Positions 10,256 through 21,667 of a stretch of DNA of 64,000 bases are shown piece by piece (within the stretch, counting starts at the first letter, position 1; each line of letters opens with the position of its first letter). This stretch comes from a virus (lineage: Duplodnaviria > Caudoviricetes), in IMG/VR virus record IMGVR_UViG_3300021426_000068, positions 68,808-132,807 of that record; one strand, written 5' to 3'. The notes beneath the pieces were generated by a model, which was not told the origin of the DNA, ran no database searches, and saw nothing but the letters and a program-made list of their open reading frames with translations. The translations under genes and the position numbers were made by a program.

Positions 10256-11756
10256 ATCTTTCTGTAACGTCACTTACAACTCTGAACCTTAAAATATCTT
10301 TATAATATTTCATTTCCCTACCTGATTTAACTCTTATATCAATATGATATTCATTAGGTATTAAATCTTCAGTATATATAACAAAAAAGTTCTTAAGAAA
10401 ACCTTTTTCTACTGGTTGATAATCAAATACTGTTAATTCTCTATTTCCATCCTTAACATATATACGATATTCGGCACTGTCAATGAGCTTAATTTTAAAT
10501 GTTTCAAATTCCTTTCTGAAATCAACAGTAACCTCTCTGATTTCACCTCTGTTTAAATCTTCAGCATCATTTATACCGTATATACTAGGAACTAAATTTT
10601 CTTTTGTACTTACAACGTTTCCAATAGAAATAAATCTGTTCATTGGTTGTACCTCAAATTCCATTTCTACATCTTCTATTTTTTCACCATTTAAAGCCAA
10701 ATTAAGCCAATTATCGTAAAGTATAGTTCCATTATCCACATCTTCAGGTAAAGTCGAAATTTCGGCAAAATAGACACCTTTTTGAGCCTGTTTAACAGGA
10801 TATTCAATATCATTTATCATACATGTAGGAATTTCGTCAAGATTTTGTGGAATTCCGTTTATATTTGCATAAAGATATAATCTATTTTCTTTACCTTTTG
10901 TAAATGTTGCTCTATCATCTTTAATTGTTTCGCAATATGTGCATTCTATATATGGATGAAAAAATGTATTAGTTGTATCAGTAAAGAAACCAACATATTG
11001 TGTAATGTCAGGCTGCATTTTTTCAAAACGAGGGGTAAACATTAACATGATACCAAAATTATGTTCACCATTTATGATGTCAAGTACATAATTTGTTATG
11101 TCTAAGTCCAAATTTTCATTTCCAAAATCAAAATGTTGCGTATCTAAAATATATGAACTTACTCCACTATTGAATAACTCAATTTGTTCGGAAATGAATT
11201 CATCAGAATATACACCACCTTCAAGAAATATTTTAACCTTTGTATCACCACTAAATTGCCAAATATTTCTATTAATGAAGTTAATATCAGGACTTTCTAT
11301 ATTAATTTTTTCTTCATCAACTGGCCATACTTTTCCATTTTCTGAAAAAAACCAAGAAGAACCTTCATCTGAAAATGAACGGTTATTGTTAATCCAAAAA
11401 TCTGCAACGTAGTCAAATCCTCTTCCCTGGTCAAATACGCAAGGAAGTTTAAGTGCAATAACATCAAATGATGCTGCTCTCTGTTTTGGTTTTATACCGT
11501 TTTCTAATAACTTTTCATAAGGATATCCATCAACTGAAAAACAGTTTGTCATTTTTAACTTAAATGTTAATTTATCTAAATCAGCAAACGTTTTATCTTC
11601 TACAAGTTTTAAAATTTCTGATTCATCAAAATGAATAAGTCCACGACTTGTAACTTCACCATAATTAAGTTCCAAAACAGGATTTAAACCAACATTGGCA
11701 AATGGATTATTCTTATATATTGTGTTTGTCTTGTCTAAGAATAAATGTCTTATCAT
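10248..11756 (-). CDS. Putative virion structural protein
   Basis: 502-aa beta-rich ORF, FFTDTTNTFFHPYIE motif, late motif at 11777-11787. Confidence 0.6.
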   Translation of the reverse strand: MIRHLFLDKTNTIYKNNPFANVGLNPVLELNYGEVTSRGLIHFDESEILKLVEDKTFADLDKLTFKLKMTNCFSVDGYPYEKLLENGIKPKQRAASFDVIALKLPCVFDQGRGFDYVADFWINNNRSFSDEGSSWFFSENGKVWPVDEEKINIESPDINFINRNIWQFSGDTKVKIFLEGGVYSDEFISEQIELFNSGVSSYILDTQHFDFGNENLDLDITNYVLDIINGEHNFGIMLMFTPRFEKMQPDITQYVGFFTDTTNTFFHPYIECTYCETIKDDRATFTKGKENRLYLYANINGIPQNLDEIPTCMINDIEYPVKQAQKGVYFAEISTLPEDVDNGTILYDNWLNLALNGEKIEDVEMEFEVQPMNRFISIGNVVSTKENLVPSIYGINDAEDLNRGEIREVTVDFRKEFETFKIKLIDSAEYRIYVKDGNRELTVFDYQPVEKGFLKNFFVIYTEDLIPNEYHIDIRVKSGREMKYYKDILRFRVVSDVTERYE

Positions 11757-11876
11757 ATTAATATGTCATATTTTAATATAAATAGTTTTGTTAATATAAT
11801 TGTCTTTTTAAAAATTTTAATTATACCCCTTGATTTTCTCATTATTTTTTTTATATTATAAAAAAATAATATAGGA

Positions 11877-12329
11877 ATGAAAAAAATAGGTAGTATTATT
11901 AAGTTTAACAATAAAGATATGAAGTTAAAAATAGGAACTGTTGATAAAAAGAATCCAGAAGTAATATATTTAGAAGGTGGATTTTACGTTAAACCAATAG
12001 TTCAAAAAGAAAAGAATGAATACAAATATGATATTAATCAAATTAAGAATGTTTTTGAAGATTTGATTAAAGATTGTATTAACAAAGAACACATGTTTGA
12101 CAAAGAATATATGTTTTTTAGTGACATAGCTTATGAATGGTTAAAGTTAGATAAGGAATCATTTTTATCTTTTCAAATTTATTTAAAACCATCAACTAAT
12201 ATTTTAGAAAAAGAAAAAAATTTTTCAAATGTTATGAAATATGTTAAAGATAATTTTAACTATAACATATCAGTAAAAGACATATTTGAAAAATATGGTT
12301 ATGAAATTTCTAAAACTAAAGCAAAATAA
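11877..12329 (+). CDS. Hypothetical protein
   Basis: 150-aa ORF. Confidence 0.7.
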   Translation: MKKIGSIIKFNNKDMKLKIGTVDKKNPEVIYLEGGFYVKPIVQKEKNEYKYDINQIKNVFEDLIKDCINKEHMFDKEYMFFSDIAYEWLKLDKESFLSFQIYLKPSTNILEKEKNFSNVMKYVKDNFNYNISVKDIFEKYGYEISKTKAK

Positions 12330-12358
12330 ACTATTTATTAATAAAATAGTTTTTATTT

Positions 12359-12748
12359 ATGCAAGAATTTTATTTAAGAAAAGGAAATACTGCTATTCCT
12401 CTTAGAATGGAAGTTATAAATGATGGAAGATATGATTATAGAAAATCATTAATTAATAACTCATTAATGGATTGTAAAGTAACCTTCTCAATGAAAAATA
12501 CTGAAACAGGTTTACTTAAAGTTTCTAAAATGCCAGCAGAAGTTGTTTTAGCTAAAACAGATAGTTGTGAAGAGAAATATATCTTACAATATAAATTTAA
12601 ACCAAGAGACGTTAAAGAAACTGGTATTTTTGAAGGTTGGTTTGATATAACATTTAATGGAAACTTAACAGAAAAAGATGAAACATATTTAACAGGTGAC
12701 TTCAGAGTCCCAGTTGAAGAAAAATTATTAATCTTTGTTAATGAATAA
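12359..12748 (+). CDS. BppU-like / Ig-like baseplate domain protein
   Basis: FYLRKGNT..PL, LQYKF...DV...G.FEG.F.I.F pattern; late motif at 12329-12339. Confidence 0.55.
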   Translation: MQEFYLRKGNTAIPLRMEVINDGRYDYRKSLINNSLMDCKVTFSMKNTETGLLKVSKMPAEVVLAKTDSCEEKYILQYKFKPRDVKETGIFEGWFDITFNGNLTEKDETYLTGDFRVPVEEKLLIFVNE

Positions 12749-12750
12749 AG

Positions 12751-12780
12751 AAAATGGAGAACATTAATGTTCTCCATTTT
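12751..12780. terminator. Bidirectional terminator (perfect 30-bp palindrome)
   Basis: AAAATGGAGAACATT/AATGTTCTCCATTTT. Confidence 0.75.
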
Positions 12781-13521
12781 TTATGATGCTAATTCAGGAT
12801 AATTTCTTATTATTTTATTTCTAATACTTTTAACTTTTTGTTCATAATTTTTATCTTGTGCGTATCTATGTCCATTCATATTAATAAACCCATTTGGCTG
12901 TAATAAAGTATCAATATCTTTATTTTTAAGATAATCACGTTTCATTAAATTAATATATGGTAAAATACTTTGATTTTGATTAGAATAAGTAGAACGATTA
13001 GAACCATCATCCCAACATCCTATTGAAAATACACTACCTGTTTTTCTTGCTCTTTTTCCAAATCCAAAACAACTTTCAAGATGTGCTTGTGCCATTAAAA
13101 GAGGTAAATCAAAACCAGTTTGTTCACATGCGTTAACCATTTCTTCGGGTGATAATTGTATATTTTCTGGGTTGAAACCTTGGTTTTTAACAGCCTTCTT
13201 CATATAGTCTTTAACACATTCAACTTTTTTTTGAAATAAACTATCAGATTGATTGTTTATATTTTCAGTATTATTTTGTAATTCAGTTTGTGCCATTCTA
13301 TATAATATGTTTTTTTGTTTTGGACTAATATTAAGATTACTAATAGAAGCAAGTATGACTGTTGAAGCCACACCTGCTACTATTGCTTGTTTATATTTTT
13401 GCCATAAAGCATTTAAATCAATAGATTCATTTATTTCACCAAATTCGTTAATATAACTTTCAAGTAAATAATAATCCTCTATATTCTTTAATTGCTGTTC
13501 AGTTAAAATTAATTTAGTCAT
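12781..13521 (-). CDS. Virion-associated peptidoglycan hydrolase, glucosaminidase (GH73-like), with N-terminal tag
   Basis: LMAQAHLESCFG and YAQDKNY motifs; start MTKLILTEQQLKNIE. Confidence 0.7.
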   Translation of the reverse strand: MTKLILTEQQLKNIEDYYLLESYINEFGEINESIDLNALWQKYKQAIVAGVASTVILASISNLNISPKQKNILYRMAQTELQNNTENINNQSDSLFQKKVECVKDYMKKAVKNQGFNPENIQLSPEEMVNACEQTGFDLPLLMAQAHLESCFGFGKRARKTGSVFSIGCWDDGSNRSTYSNQNQSILPYINLMKRDYLKNKDIDTLLQPNGFINMNGHRYAQDKNYEQKVKSIRNKIIRNYPELAS

Positions 13522-13524
13522 TTT

Positions 13525-14433
13525 TTAAAAAATTGAAGTTATTTCAATGAAGTTGCAAATATCATTTTCAACAGTTTCTTCGACATAAACCTTTTTACTA
13601 ACTTGTTCCATTATTGAAGAAAGTTTGTTAGCTGAATCCATGTCACCTGTCTTTTGATAATTTTCTTTTGCTTCATTTATCTTATTAGTACAAACTTCTT
13701 TATATTTGTTAAATATTTCTTCTTTATTACTTGATTCAGAAAGTTCTTTAACCATTGTTTTTTCTTCGTCTGTTAATTCTTTAGAATATTTTTCATTAAA
13801 CTTATTCATGAATTCTTTTGCTACTGTATCAATATCCTTTGATTCAGAAATATTATTTTCAAAATCATGTTTTTCGATTTCTTCACGGATAACTTTTACT
13901 GCTGAACTATAAGAAGAAATATTTTTTACATTTTTTTTGTTTTCAGTAATAAATGTAATTGCCTCATCTAAATTTTTCTTTTCTTCTGGTAATAAATCAT
14001 TAGCCTTTTCACCTATGTAAAAATATGCTTCTGCAAGTATATTACCAATTTCTTTTTTATCAGAATTAATTTTATCTTTATTAAGATTAAAATTTTCTAA
14101 AACAATATTATTGATTAGGAAATCAACATCAGAATTTTTACTAGTCTTTCTAATATTTTCATAAATAGAATGTAAAGTATTTAATTCTTTACTGTTTTTT
14201 ATTGTATCAGTATATCTTTTAATAATTTTTCTTCCTTCAGAAGAACTAAATAAAACAGGAGAAAAATTTTCAAAACATTCTTTAATATATCCAAATGGTT
14301 TTTCAGATATTTCACATGCTTTATTTAAAGAAACAATATATTTGGCACGTTTATCACATGCTTCATTTATTTCTTTTCTATATTGTTCAATTGAATCAAG
14401 TGTATTTAATGTATCTATATATTTATCTTTCAT
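13525..14433 (-). CDS. Hypothetical head-associated protein
   Basis: 302-aa helical ORF directly downstream of portal; late motif at 14448-14458. Confidence 0.65.
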   Translation of the reverse strand: MKDKYIDTLNTLDSIEQYRKEINEACDKRAKYIVSLNKACEISEKPFGYIKECFENFSPVLFSSSEGRKIIKRYTDTIKNSKELNTLHSIYENIRKTSKNSDVDFLINNIVLENFNLNKDKINSDKKEIGNILAEAYFYIGEKANDLLPEEKKNLDEAITFITENKKNVKNISSYSSAVKVIREEIEKHDFENNISESKDIDTVAKEFMNKFNEKYSKELTDEEKTMVKELSESSNKEEIFNKYKEVCTNKINEAKENYQKTGDMDSANKLSSIMEQVSKKVYVEETVENDICNFIEITSIF

Positions 14434-14459
14434 AACTGTATTTTCTTTATAAATAGTTT

Positions 14460-16556
14460 TTAATCATCATCTTTTTCTAATTCTTCATAAAAATCTTCGT
14501 CAAATTGACTTTCAGAAATACCACTATCATTTAATGAAGTTTGACCATTATATTCATTTTCTTCAATTATATTATTAATTTTATTGAAAATATTGTTTAC
14601 CTTTTCATTTATTGTTACATTTTTCCCTTCAAAATCTTCCGCTTCTTCAACATATTCAGGGTCATTTTCAATTGCTTCGTTTAATCTTTCAAAATATTTT
14701 TCAGTAAAACTTTTTATTCTACTTCTTTCATTAATAACAGGTTTTGAAGTAACGTTCTCCATTGGTGCACCATTGTCAAGAGAAGGTGCTTGTGACATAT
14801 CAGAACTTGTTTCTTGTCCACTCATATCAGGCATGTCTTCAGTACCAGCACCGCCTAATGAATCCATTGGTAATGAACCCCCATCAAAACCACCACCTCC
14901 TGGTCCGCCTGACCCTGGTCCACCCATACCATTATCTTGTTGTTGCATTTGTTGATTGTTCTGAGGTGAATTTATTGCTTCAAAATCACCATATATTCTG
15001 TCAACATTATCAAACATACCTGTTTTCCTAATTATCATGGCTGTTTGTTCTAATTCAGCAGCCATTGCTTTTTCCATTCGTATTTCAAGAAGCATATCCT
15101 TAATCTCACTATCAGTCATTTTCATAATTTTCTTTAATGCCATGTGCATAGACATAAGAGGAATACCAGTTCCTGGGTCAGATACAGCAGCAGTTGCTGT
15201 CTGAACACGTTTTGTAATATCTTCTAATTCAAGTGCTTCAATCTGTGCAGAAGGATTATTCATGGAAAGTGTGAAATTAGTAATTTCGTCATCAAGACCC
15301 ATGAAATGCAAATGAATCATTGCTATCTTATTAAGCTCCATTAATAAGAATTGTTGTATAGAATTTACCATACGTGAAAAACGAATATCAAGCAATGAAA
15401 GATTTTGTCCCTTACCTTGTGCTTCTTGGAAATTAAGGAAAGTTTTTGGAACACGTAATGCTGAAAATACTTTATTCTGCATATAATTAATATCATCCAT
15501 CTGTGTCTGATTCTGTGCACCTGCCAATGTTTCAATTGGTGTTGGTGCTGATGGGTCTCTAACAGGAATAAAATAATCACTTGAAACATCAAGGAAATTT
15601 TTTCTTAAATCAATTTGGCCAGTTGCTGGGTCAATAATTGGCGTTCTCTTAAAATTGTTAGCAAAATCTTGAATAAATCCTGGAACATCAGCATCATCAA
15701 TAGCACCTACATAAACTTTAAATACACGTCTTTCAACACTTTTATCAAGACGATAAATAAGCATTGCATCTTCCATCATACTCCACATTCTCCAAGCACG
15801 TCTTGCTTTATGAAGATGTGAAACACCATAAGGTAAAAATAAAGAGTTCTTAAGTAATCTAAAATGCGCTACCTGCCAATTAAAATATGGATGTGATTCA
15901 TTATGTCCAACCCAAACAAATCTCGTTTCATCTGGTTTTATATCGTTAACCTGATTAGGCATGACACCTGCTGCTGAAGTATAACCGTTTTCAATTCTAT
16001 CCATCTCATAAACAGGTAATTCCTTCCATCCTAAAATACCATTATTTTGGTCAACATTAAGAAGCATAAATTCATTACCATATTTTATCATACTTCTTGC
16101 TACCATTGGTAACATTACATGAATGTTCAGTCTATTGTAAAATAAGTCTTCAAGAATTGCTTTAATTCTTTTTGATTTCGACTTAACATGAAGCATTTTT
16201 CCTTCTGATGTGAACGAACAAGCTTCTTCCTGTATGATATCAAGAGCAGCACCGATTTCTGGTGTTTCATCCATTAAATCAGCATCTCTATACATTAATT
16301 TTACAGCAGTATAGCCAGCAAGACTTTCCATTGCATTATCAGCACCTGCTTTTGCCCACTGATAAGATAAAAACTTCTGTTGTTTATATTGTTGTAACTT
16401 CCTTTCGTAATCGGCTCTGTTATTTGTAGAATATAAAATGTTATTACCTGAATAATCAGCAGTTGGAGGTAACTTTTGAATTTCAGGTGAAACACTTGTT
16501 CCGAAAAGAACACTTCCTATATTCTGAAATATTGTGTTTCTTCTATTATTAGCCAT
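14460..16556 (-). CDS. Portal protein (T4 gp20-like)
   Basis: MEDAMLIYRL...ERRVFKVYVG, DYFIPVR, IETLAG, FSALRVPK, DIRFSR. Confidence 0.95.
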   Translation of the reverse strand: MANNRRNTIFQNIGSVLFGTSVSPEIQKLPPTADYSGNNILYSTNNRADYERKLQQYKQQKFLSYQWAKAGADNAMESLAGYTAVKLMYRDADLMDETPEIGAALDIIQEEACSFTSEGKMLHVKSKSKRIKAILEDLFYNRLNIHVMLPMVARSMIKYGNEFMLLNVDQNNGILGWKELPVYEMDRIENGYTSAAGVMPNQVNDIKPDETRFVWVGHNESHPYFNWQVAHFRLLKNSLFLPYGVSHLHKARRAWRMWSMMEDAMLIYRLDKSVERRVFKVYVGAIDDADVPGFIQDFANNFKRTPIIDPATGQIDLRKNFLDVSSDYFIPVRDPSAPTPIETLAGAQNQTQMDDINYMQNKVFSALRVPKTFLNFQEAQGKGQNLSLLDIRFSRMVNSIQQFLLMELNKIAMIHLHFMGLDDEITNFTLSMNNPSAQIEALELEDITKRVQTATAAVSDPGTGIPLMSMHMALKKIMKMTDSEIKDMLLEIRMEKAMAAELEQTAMIIRKTGMFDNVDRIYGDFEAINSPQNNQQMQQQDNGMGGPGSGGPGGGGFDGGSLPMDSLGGAGTEDMPDMSGQETSSDMSQAPSLDNGAPMENVTSKPVINERSRIKSFTEKYFERLNEAIENDPEYVEEAEDFEGKNVTINEKVNNIFNKINNIIEENEYNGQTSLNDSGISESQFDEDFYEELEKDDD

Positions 16557-16576
16557 ATTTAATAAATTTTATTTAT

Positions 16577-16587
16577 TATAAATAGTT
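16577..16587 (-). promoter_or_regulatory. Phage late-promoter motif AACTATTTAT(A/T) (representative copy upstream of portal)
   Basis: About 20 copies on the coding strand 15-50 nt upstream of structural genes. Confidence 0.75.
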
Positions 16588-16707
16588 TAAAAAATTGTAT
16601 TATAATCTCTGTTATAATATAGAGAAATATCTTGTAAAGTAAATAATTAACAATTTTTACTTGTTTTTATTCTAATTTTTATTATTTTCTTATAAAAGAA
16701 GTTAAGT

Positions 16708-16995
16708 ATGAAGAATTTTTATGAAATTTATCAGAAATACATGTCAATGTCAAAAGAAACATTGGCTGAATTATTGGCAGCAAAAGAAATGAATGAAATA
16801 GAAGATATTCCACGTACTGTGGCAATTGCGTATCGCTGTAAAGATTTTAATGATTGTATAAATCCATTTAGAGATTGTATTGGATGTCCGTTAAATTCTA
16901 CAACAGACGGTTTTACATCAGTGTCTTCAAATATAAGAAATAATATAAAAGATAATGATTTTATCAATAAAATTAAAAAAATGACAGATGATTAA
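16708..16995 (+). CDS. Hypothetical protein with Cys cluster
   Basis: 95 aa; C..F.DC.NPFRDCIGCP. Confidence 0.55.
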   Translation: MKNFYEIYQKYMSMSKETLAELLAAKEMNEIEDIPRTVAIAYRCKDFNDCINPFRDCIGCPLNSTTDGFTSVSSNIRNNIKDNDFINKIKKMTDD

Positions 16996-17204
16996 AAATC
17001 TGTCATTTTTTCTTTATTCAATAAACATTTAAAACATCCGTTTCCTTTTAAATGTTGATAAACTGTCTCGTAAAATAAACCATGTTTATTACAAATAATA
17101 GGAATACTATCATATGGTTTTAACTCTTCTTGCTGAATATATTTATAATCATATAAATTATCATATATTGCTTTTGCTTGTTTTATAAATTCTTGCTTGG
17201 TCAT
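16992..17204 (-). CDS. Single zinc-binding repeat protein (possible homing-endonuclease remnant)
   Basis: EFIKQAKAIY...YDY...IICNKHG.F......HLKGNGCFKC matches repeat unit of 20573-21529. Confidence 0.6.
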   Translation of the reverse strand: MTKQEFIKQAKAIYDNLYDYKYIQQEELKPYDSIPIICNKHGLFYETVYQHLKGNGCFKCLLNKEKMTDF

Positions 17205-17219
17205 ATTTCAAATTTCATA

Positions 17220-18359
17220 TTAACTAATTGTATAAATTTTAAGTGGAATATGTTTTTGTATATTAACCATACTTTCCATCATTTCAGCATTTTCTTTCAT
17301 AACATTTGAAGGTCTTAATCTTTCCAAACGTTTAGTTAATGCATCCATAGTCTCTTTATATTCATCTTTACCTTGTTGTATTAACATTTGATAATCCATA
17401 ACCATTTCGGCTTGTGGAATACTTACTTTACCACTGAACTTACCACGAATTAAACCAAGCATCTCTTTTGCTTTGGCTACAAATAATTTTCTTACAATGG
17501 TTTTAGACGGACTATTTAAAAACGCATAATCAATAGAACCCATTTCAACCTGGTCAGGACGTAAAATAACATCATCAGCATGTAGTCTTGAACATTCATC
17601 TGCTTCTTCTTGTGTTGCTGTGTCGTAATATGTGTACCATACTGCACAATTAACTAATCCATATACATTATTTTGTATTCCTGAAAAACCAAATGATAAT
17701 CTACTACCAGGTGTTGACATTAAATGTACTAAATGAGTACCATCTGGACCAGCAGTAACTTTATATGTTAAATCACTACTAAATAATGTACGTTTAAAAT
17801 TTAAATCAGCAGCCGTATAAGCAATATCAGAAACTTGTGTTGTATAAAAACCACTTCCCCTACCATATCCAGCAGGAAAGCCAATAGTTCCTAATCCTGG
17901 CATTACTCCATAACCAGCACCAACCATATTGTTACCAAAAATAGCAGTATCTGTCATAGAAGGATTAACCCACATAACTTTATTAATTGTTCTTCCAGAA
18001 GGGATAACATAAACTTGTTTACCTTCTTCAATAATAAAGAAGTCTTTCTTAAGTTCCCATGGTCCTTCTTGTTGTAAACCAACTTGTTTTGAAAACCAAT
18101 ATGAATAATCTTTTGTTAAATCAAGTGTTCTAAACATAAAACCTTGCATTAATGCAGAACTATCAGCACCACTTTTACCATAAAATGAAATCCAATTATT
18201 ATCAATTATCTCATTTTGAACTTTTTCAGCATAATCTTCAATTGAAAATCTAAGTGCTTCACAAAGTTGGTCATCAGTAAGTTCAACAGCACGGACTGGT
18301 GCTCCTAATATTTTCCTGACAGACTTGAAAAGTTCTTCTATTTCTTTTGTTATTTTCAT
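17220..18359 (-). CDS. Neck / head-completion protein (T4 gp13-like)
   Basis: ILGAPVRAVELTDDQL and KEMLGLIRGKFSG motifs. Confidence 0.8.
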   Translation of the reverse strand: MKITKEIEELFKSVRKILGAPVRAVELTDDQLCEALRFSIEDYAEKVQNEIIDNNWISFYGKSGADSSALMQGFMFRTLDLTKDYSYWFSKQVGLQQEGPWELKKDFFIIEEGKQVYVIPSGRTINKVMWVNPSMTDTAIFGNNMVGAGYGVMPGLGTIGFPAGYGRGSGFYTTQVSDIAYTAADLNFKRTLFSSDLTYKVTAGPDGTHLVHLMSTPGSRLSFGFSGIQNNVYGLVNCAVWYTYYDTATQEEADECSRLHADDVILRPDQVEMGSIDYAFLNSPSKTIVRKLFVAKAKEMLGLIRGKFSGKVSIPQAEMVMDYQMLIQQGKDEYKETMDALTKRLERLRPSNVMKENAEMMESMVNIQKHIPLKIYTIS

Positions 18360-18395
18360 TTCTATAATATTTTACTATAAATAGTTTTATTATTG

Positions 18396-20571
18396 TTAAA
18401 CTAATAACCATTTATAACTGTCAATAACAGTATTTCCAACTTTTTGAATAGTTCTGTTATTATAAATTGGTAAATAATTCTTTTTGGGGGTTGCTGATAA
18501 TTCTTCCTTTCTATATGGATTGTTATACGTTGATTGTATGTTTTGAGCACTGTTAATCCACGCTCTAAGAAATACTTCATCTCTTTGTTTTGCTCTCTCT
18601 AAATCACCAAGATGGAATTTAGCAACAAAGTAACCCATAGCAAGACATGTTAATGTATCATCATGACAACCATCCTGATGGTCTTGTCTACCATTTTTGA
18701 ATATCCATGTGTCAAGTTCAGAAATAACTCTCTTACTTCTTATCTTAAATTCATTTGTTCTTACTGCATTTGCAAAATGACTTAACATTTGGAAACGTAC
18801 AGCATTACTATGGAAACCAGGAAGTTTACCATCATTGCCAACTTGAAGTGTTGACTGTTCTCTTTGTATTGTATATTTGTTAAGATTAGGGTCATCATAA
18901 TACATATTCTTATATTGTAATCTCATAAGTGCTAATATTGTTGCATCACCATAACCACCTAATGATTCAACAACACAATATGCATCACCATATAATGTAC
19001 CATACCAATAACAAATTTCACCTAAATCATCACCTGTCATTTTACCATTATATTCGAGAACTTGTTCAATACATGGTAAACCATTATCTTCTCCATCTAA
19101 ATCGAATATTTCAACAGCTGAACGGTCATCACTGTCACCTCTGGAACAGTCCACTGCCATGATGTATCTATGTCCTGGAATTGGCGGTTTCCATACCCAT
19201 GTTTCTTCCAAGTGGAACATGTCACCATCTTCTTTCTTACTAATTGGGTCTCGCATGTTTAAATGTTCCTGCATTTCAATGTATTCAGGCTCTACAACGT
19301 TAGAAGCAGAACCAAGGAATGATACATCAAGTTCCTGTGCAATTTTAACTTCATCATTGTTAAATTGCTGACACATTTTAACATACCAAGGTGAACGAGG
19401 TTTCCATCCATTTTTTATCATTTCTTCCCAATGTTCGTTATCATATTTAACATTTCCCTCTTTGTCTAATACTGGTTCTTTATAAAACTCTGTTTCACCA
19501 TCTTCTTTTTTTCTGTACCATTCAAGGAACTTGTTATAACGTGGGTCTTGATACCATTTCATTTTAACAAGTTCAAAATTGTTCCATTGGTCAGTACCTT
19601 TAAGTTCTGCTAATCTACATGTTTCATAATAAAGTTGGTCTTTACCGTTTGGAGTACTAATCATTATTATGTGACCATTATTTGAAACTGTTGGAATAGC
19701 AGAAGCATATACATCTTTACCATTTTCAATGAATGCGGCTTCATCAAAGATGAGCCATGTAACTCCCTAATTATCAATAATTTATAATATTATTTAAGTA
19801 GTTTTTTATCTACTTTCTATCTTTTCAGATAGGATTGGCGTACATTTTCATCCTTTATTAAAAAGGAGTTCCGTACTCTTGGGAAGATTATATTTATTCA
19901 CTTCCTACGCTCTACGGTGTTTCTGAACCTTACGCAATTTCAGAACTTACCTCGGTATTCTCATATTTGTGTTTCACAACAGAAACTTAGACTTCACCGA
20001 TTTTACGGAATTTCATTATTGCAACTTACGCTGCAAGTCGGCAGAGTTGTTTACCGACACCACGAGAAGCATCTGGACCAGAAGAACGTGCAACTACACG
20101 GCATCCATTTTTTAATTTTAATTCTTTTTGATTACAAATTTCAAAAATATCGTTTTTATCTGGTGGTAAATTGTATTTACTTTTATCAGTTATATAATCA
20201 TCACCCCACATCCATGCAGGAAATTGAAGTAAAAATTCACGAATTTTTGTTACCATTTGTTGTGCAAGGTCAAGTGTATTACCAATAACAAGAACTGTTT
20301 GTGGTGACTCAGGGTCTGCAAGACACATTTCGCATGAAATAAATCCACCTGCTGTTGTCGTAATACCAGCCTGACGAGGTTTTGTTGTAACAACGTTATT
20401 TGCATTACCTAATATTGTGCATAAATCTTGTTGTCTTGGAAACAAATTAAATTGTACCATTTTTTTCTGATTAGCATCATATGTTTTAAGATAATTTTGT
20501 ATCATATAAATACGTGATTTATCTCTAAAACATTTAAGATACTCTTTCTGTAAATAATTATAATCTATCAT
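18396..20571 (-). CDS. terL: Terminase large subunit, two exons (20571-20053 and 19766-18396; about 629 aa spliced)
   Basis: Exon 1 KPRQAGITT (Walker A); splicing restores RGVG|GVTWLIFDEAAF (Walker B); exon 2 ISTPNG, QELDVSF, AVDCSRG, HDD nuclease motifs. Confidence 0.92.
19767..20052 (-). ncRNA. ORF-less group I self-splicing intron (286 nt) in terL
   Basis: Exon ends in U, intron ends in G; P1 GUCGGU/GCCGAC with U-G wobble; P10 AACUCU/GGAGUU; P3 UUCCGUA/UACGGAA; P7 GCGUA/UACGC; excision restores frame. Confidence 0.9.
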
Positions 20572-20572
20572 G

Positions 20573-21529
20573 TTAAACATTTTTAATATCACTTATTAAT
20601 TCATTGAAAGATGTATATACTTTTTCAAAATAGTTTGTAATATACTTTTTCATTGAAGGAGGCGTAAAATAAAAAATTCTTATACCATTATTAATACATC
20701 TATTATATTTTCTTATATCTAGTTCTCTTATTCTTTTAAATCCAAGTTCACCACCAAATTTCTCAACAGGAACATAATGTTGTCTACCGTTTAATTCTAT
20801 TGCTATGTTATATTCAGGTAAATAAAAATCTAATTTTTGAACACATCTTTTGTCAGAAAGAAATGGAAAAATTTTTTGATACTCAACATTACCAAATATA
20901 TTTTTTAAAGATTGAAAAATTTTTATTTCAGTTAGATTATTTTTATTTCCACAAATATGACAACCATGCCCAATTAAATGTTTATGTGGTGTTTGTGAAA
21001 ATTCACCATGCAATGGACATATTATAGTTACAGGTGTAGTAGAATTAACATATATTACTTTATCATAATTATATTTATTTCCATGAACTTGTTTTGCTTT
21101 ATTTATAAACAAATCTTTAGTTAGTCTTCTTTTATAACCCTTTGAAATTGCACCACATTTAGGACATCCATTACCTAATAAATGTGCTGAAGGACGTTGT
21201 TTAAAATCACCATGTTCTGGACAAGTAATACAAACAGGTGTTAAACTATTAACATAATTAACTTTTGAATAATCATACTTATTCCCATGAATTTTCTTCG
21301 CTTTTTGAATAAAAGAAATATTGTTCAACTTTGCTCTCGAACCACATTTAGGACAATTTCCACCTCTTAAATGTTCATGAGGTGTTTGCCAAAATTCTCC
21401 ATGTTCGGGACATATAATACAAACCTTATTTTCAGAGCCAATATAATTAACTTTAGAATAGTCATATTTATTCCCATGAATTTCTTTGGCTCTATTTATA
21501 AATTGTTCTTGTGATAACTTTTTTGGCAT
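20573..21529 (-). CDS. Free-standing homing-type endonuclease: three Zn-binding repeats plus Vsr/DUF559-like PD-(D/E)XK domain
   Basis: 3x FI.KAK.IHGNKY.Y.KV.Y...CP.HG.F.Q.P..HL.G..C..C; C-terminal LDFYLPEYNIAIELNGRQH. Confidence 0.8.
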   Translation of the reverse strand: MPKKLSQEQFINRAKEIHGNKYDYSKVNYIGSENKVCIICPEHGEFWQTPHEHLRGGNCPKCGSRAKLNNISFIQKAKKIHGNKYDYSKVNYVNSLTPVCITCPEHGDFKQRPSAHLLGNGCPKCGAISKGYKRRLTKDLFINKAKQVHGNKYNYDKVIYVNSTTPVTIICPLHGEFSQTPHKHLIGHGCHICGNKNNLTEIKIFQSLKNIFGNVEYQKIFPFLSDKRCVQKLDFYLPEYNIAIELNGRQHYVPVEKFGGELGFKRIRELDIRKYNRCINNGIRIFYFTPPSMKKYITNYFEKVYTSFNELISDIKNV

Positions 21530-21667
21530 ATTTCTAATCTTTTACTCTACTTATAAATATATTAAATAGTTTAAAATCTTGAAAAATCCAGTATTTTTAT
21601 GTATATTTGTATTAATAAAAAACTATTTATTGAAAAAATAATAATTTATAAAGAATATTAACATAAT

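Noticed and set aside
18396-20592. Terminase as two genes or a pseudogene
   Set aside because: The gap has group I intron pairings and its removal restores frame and Walker B.
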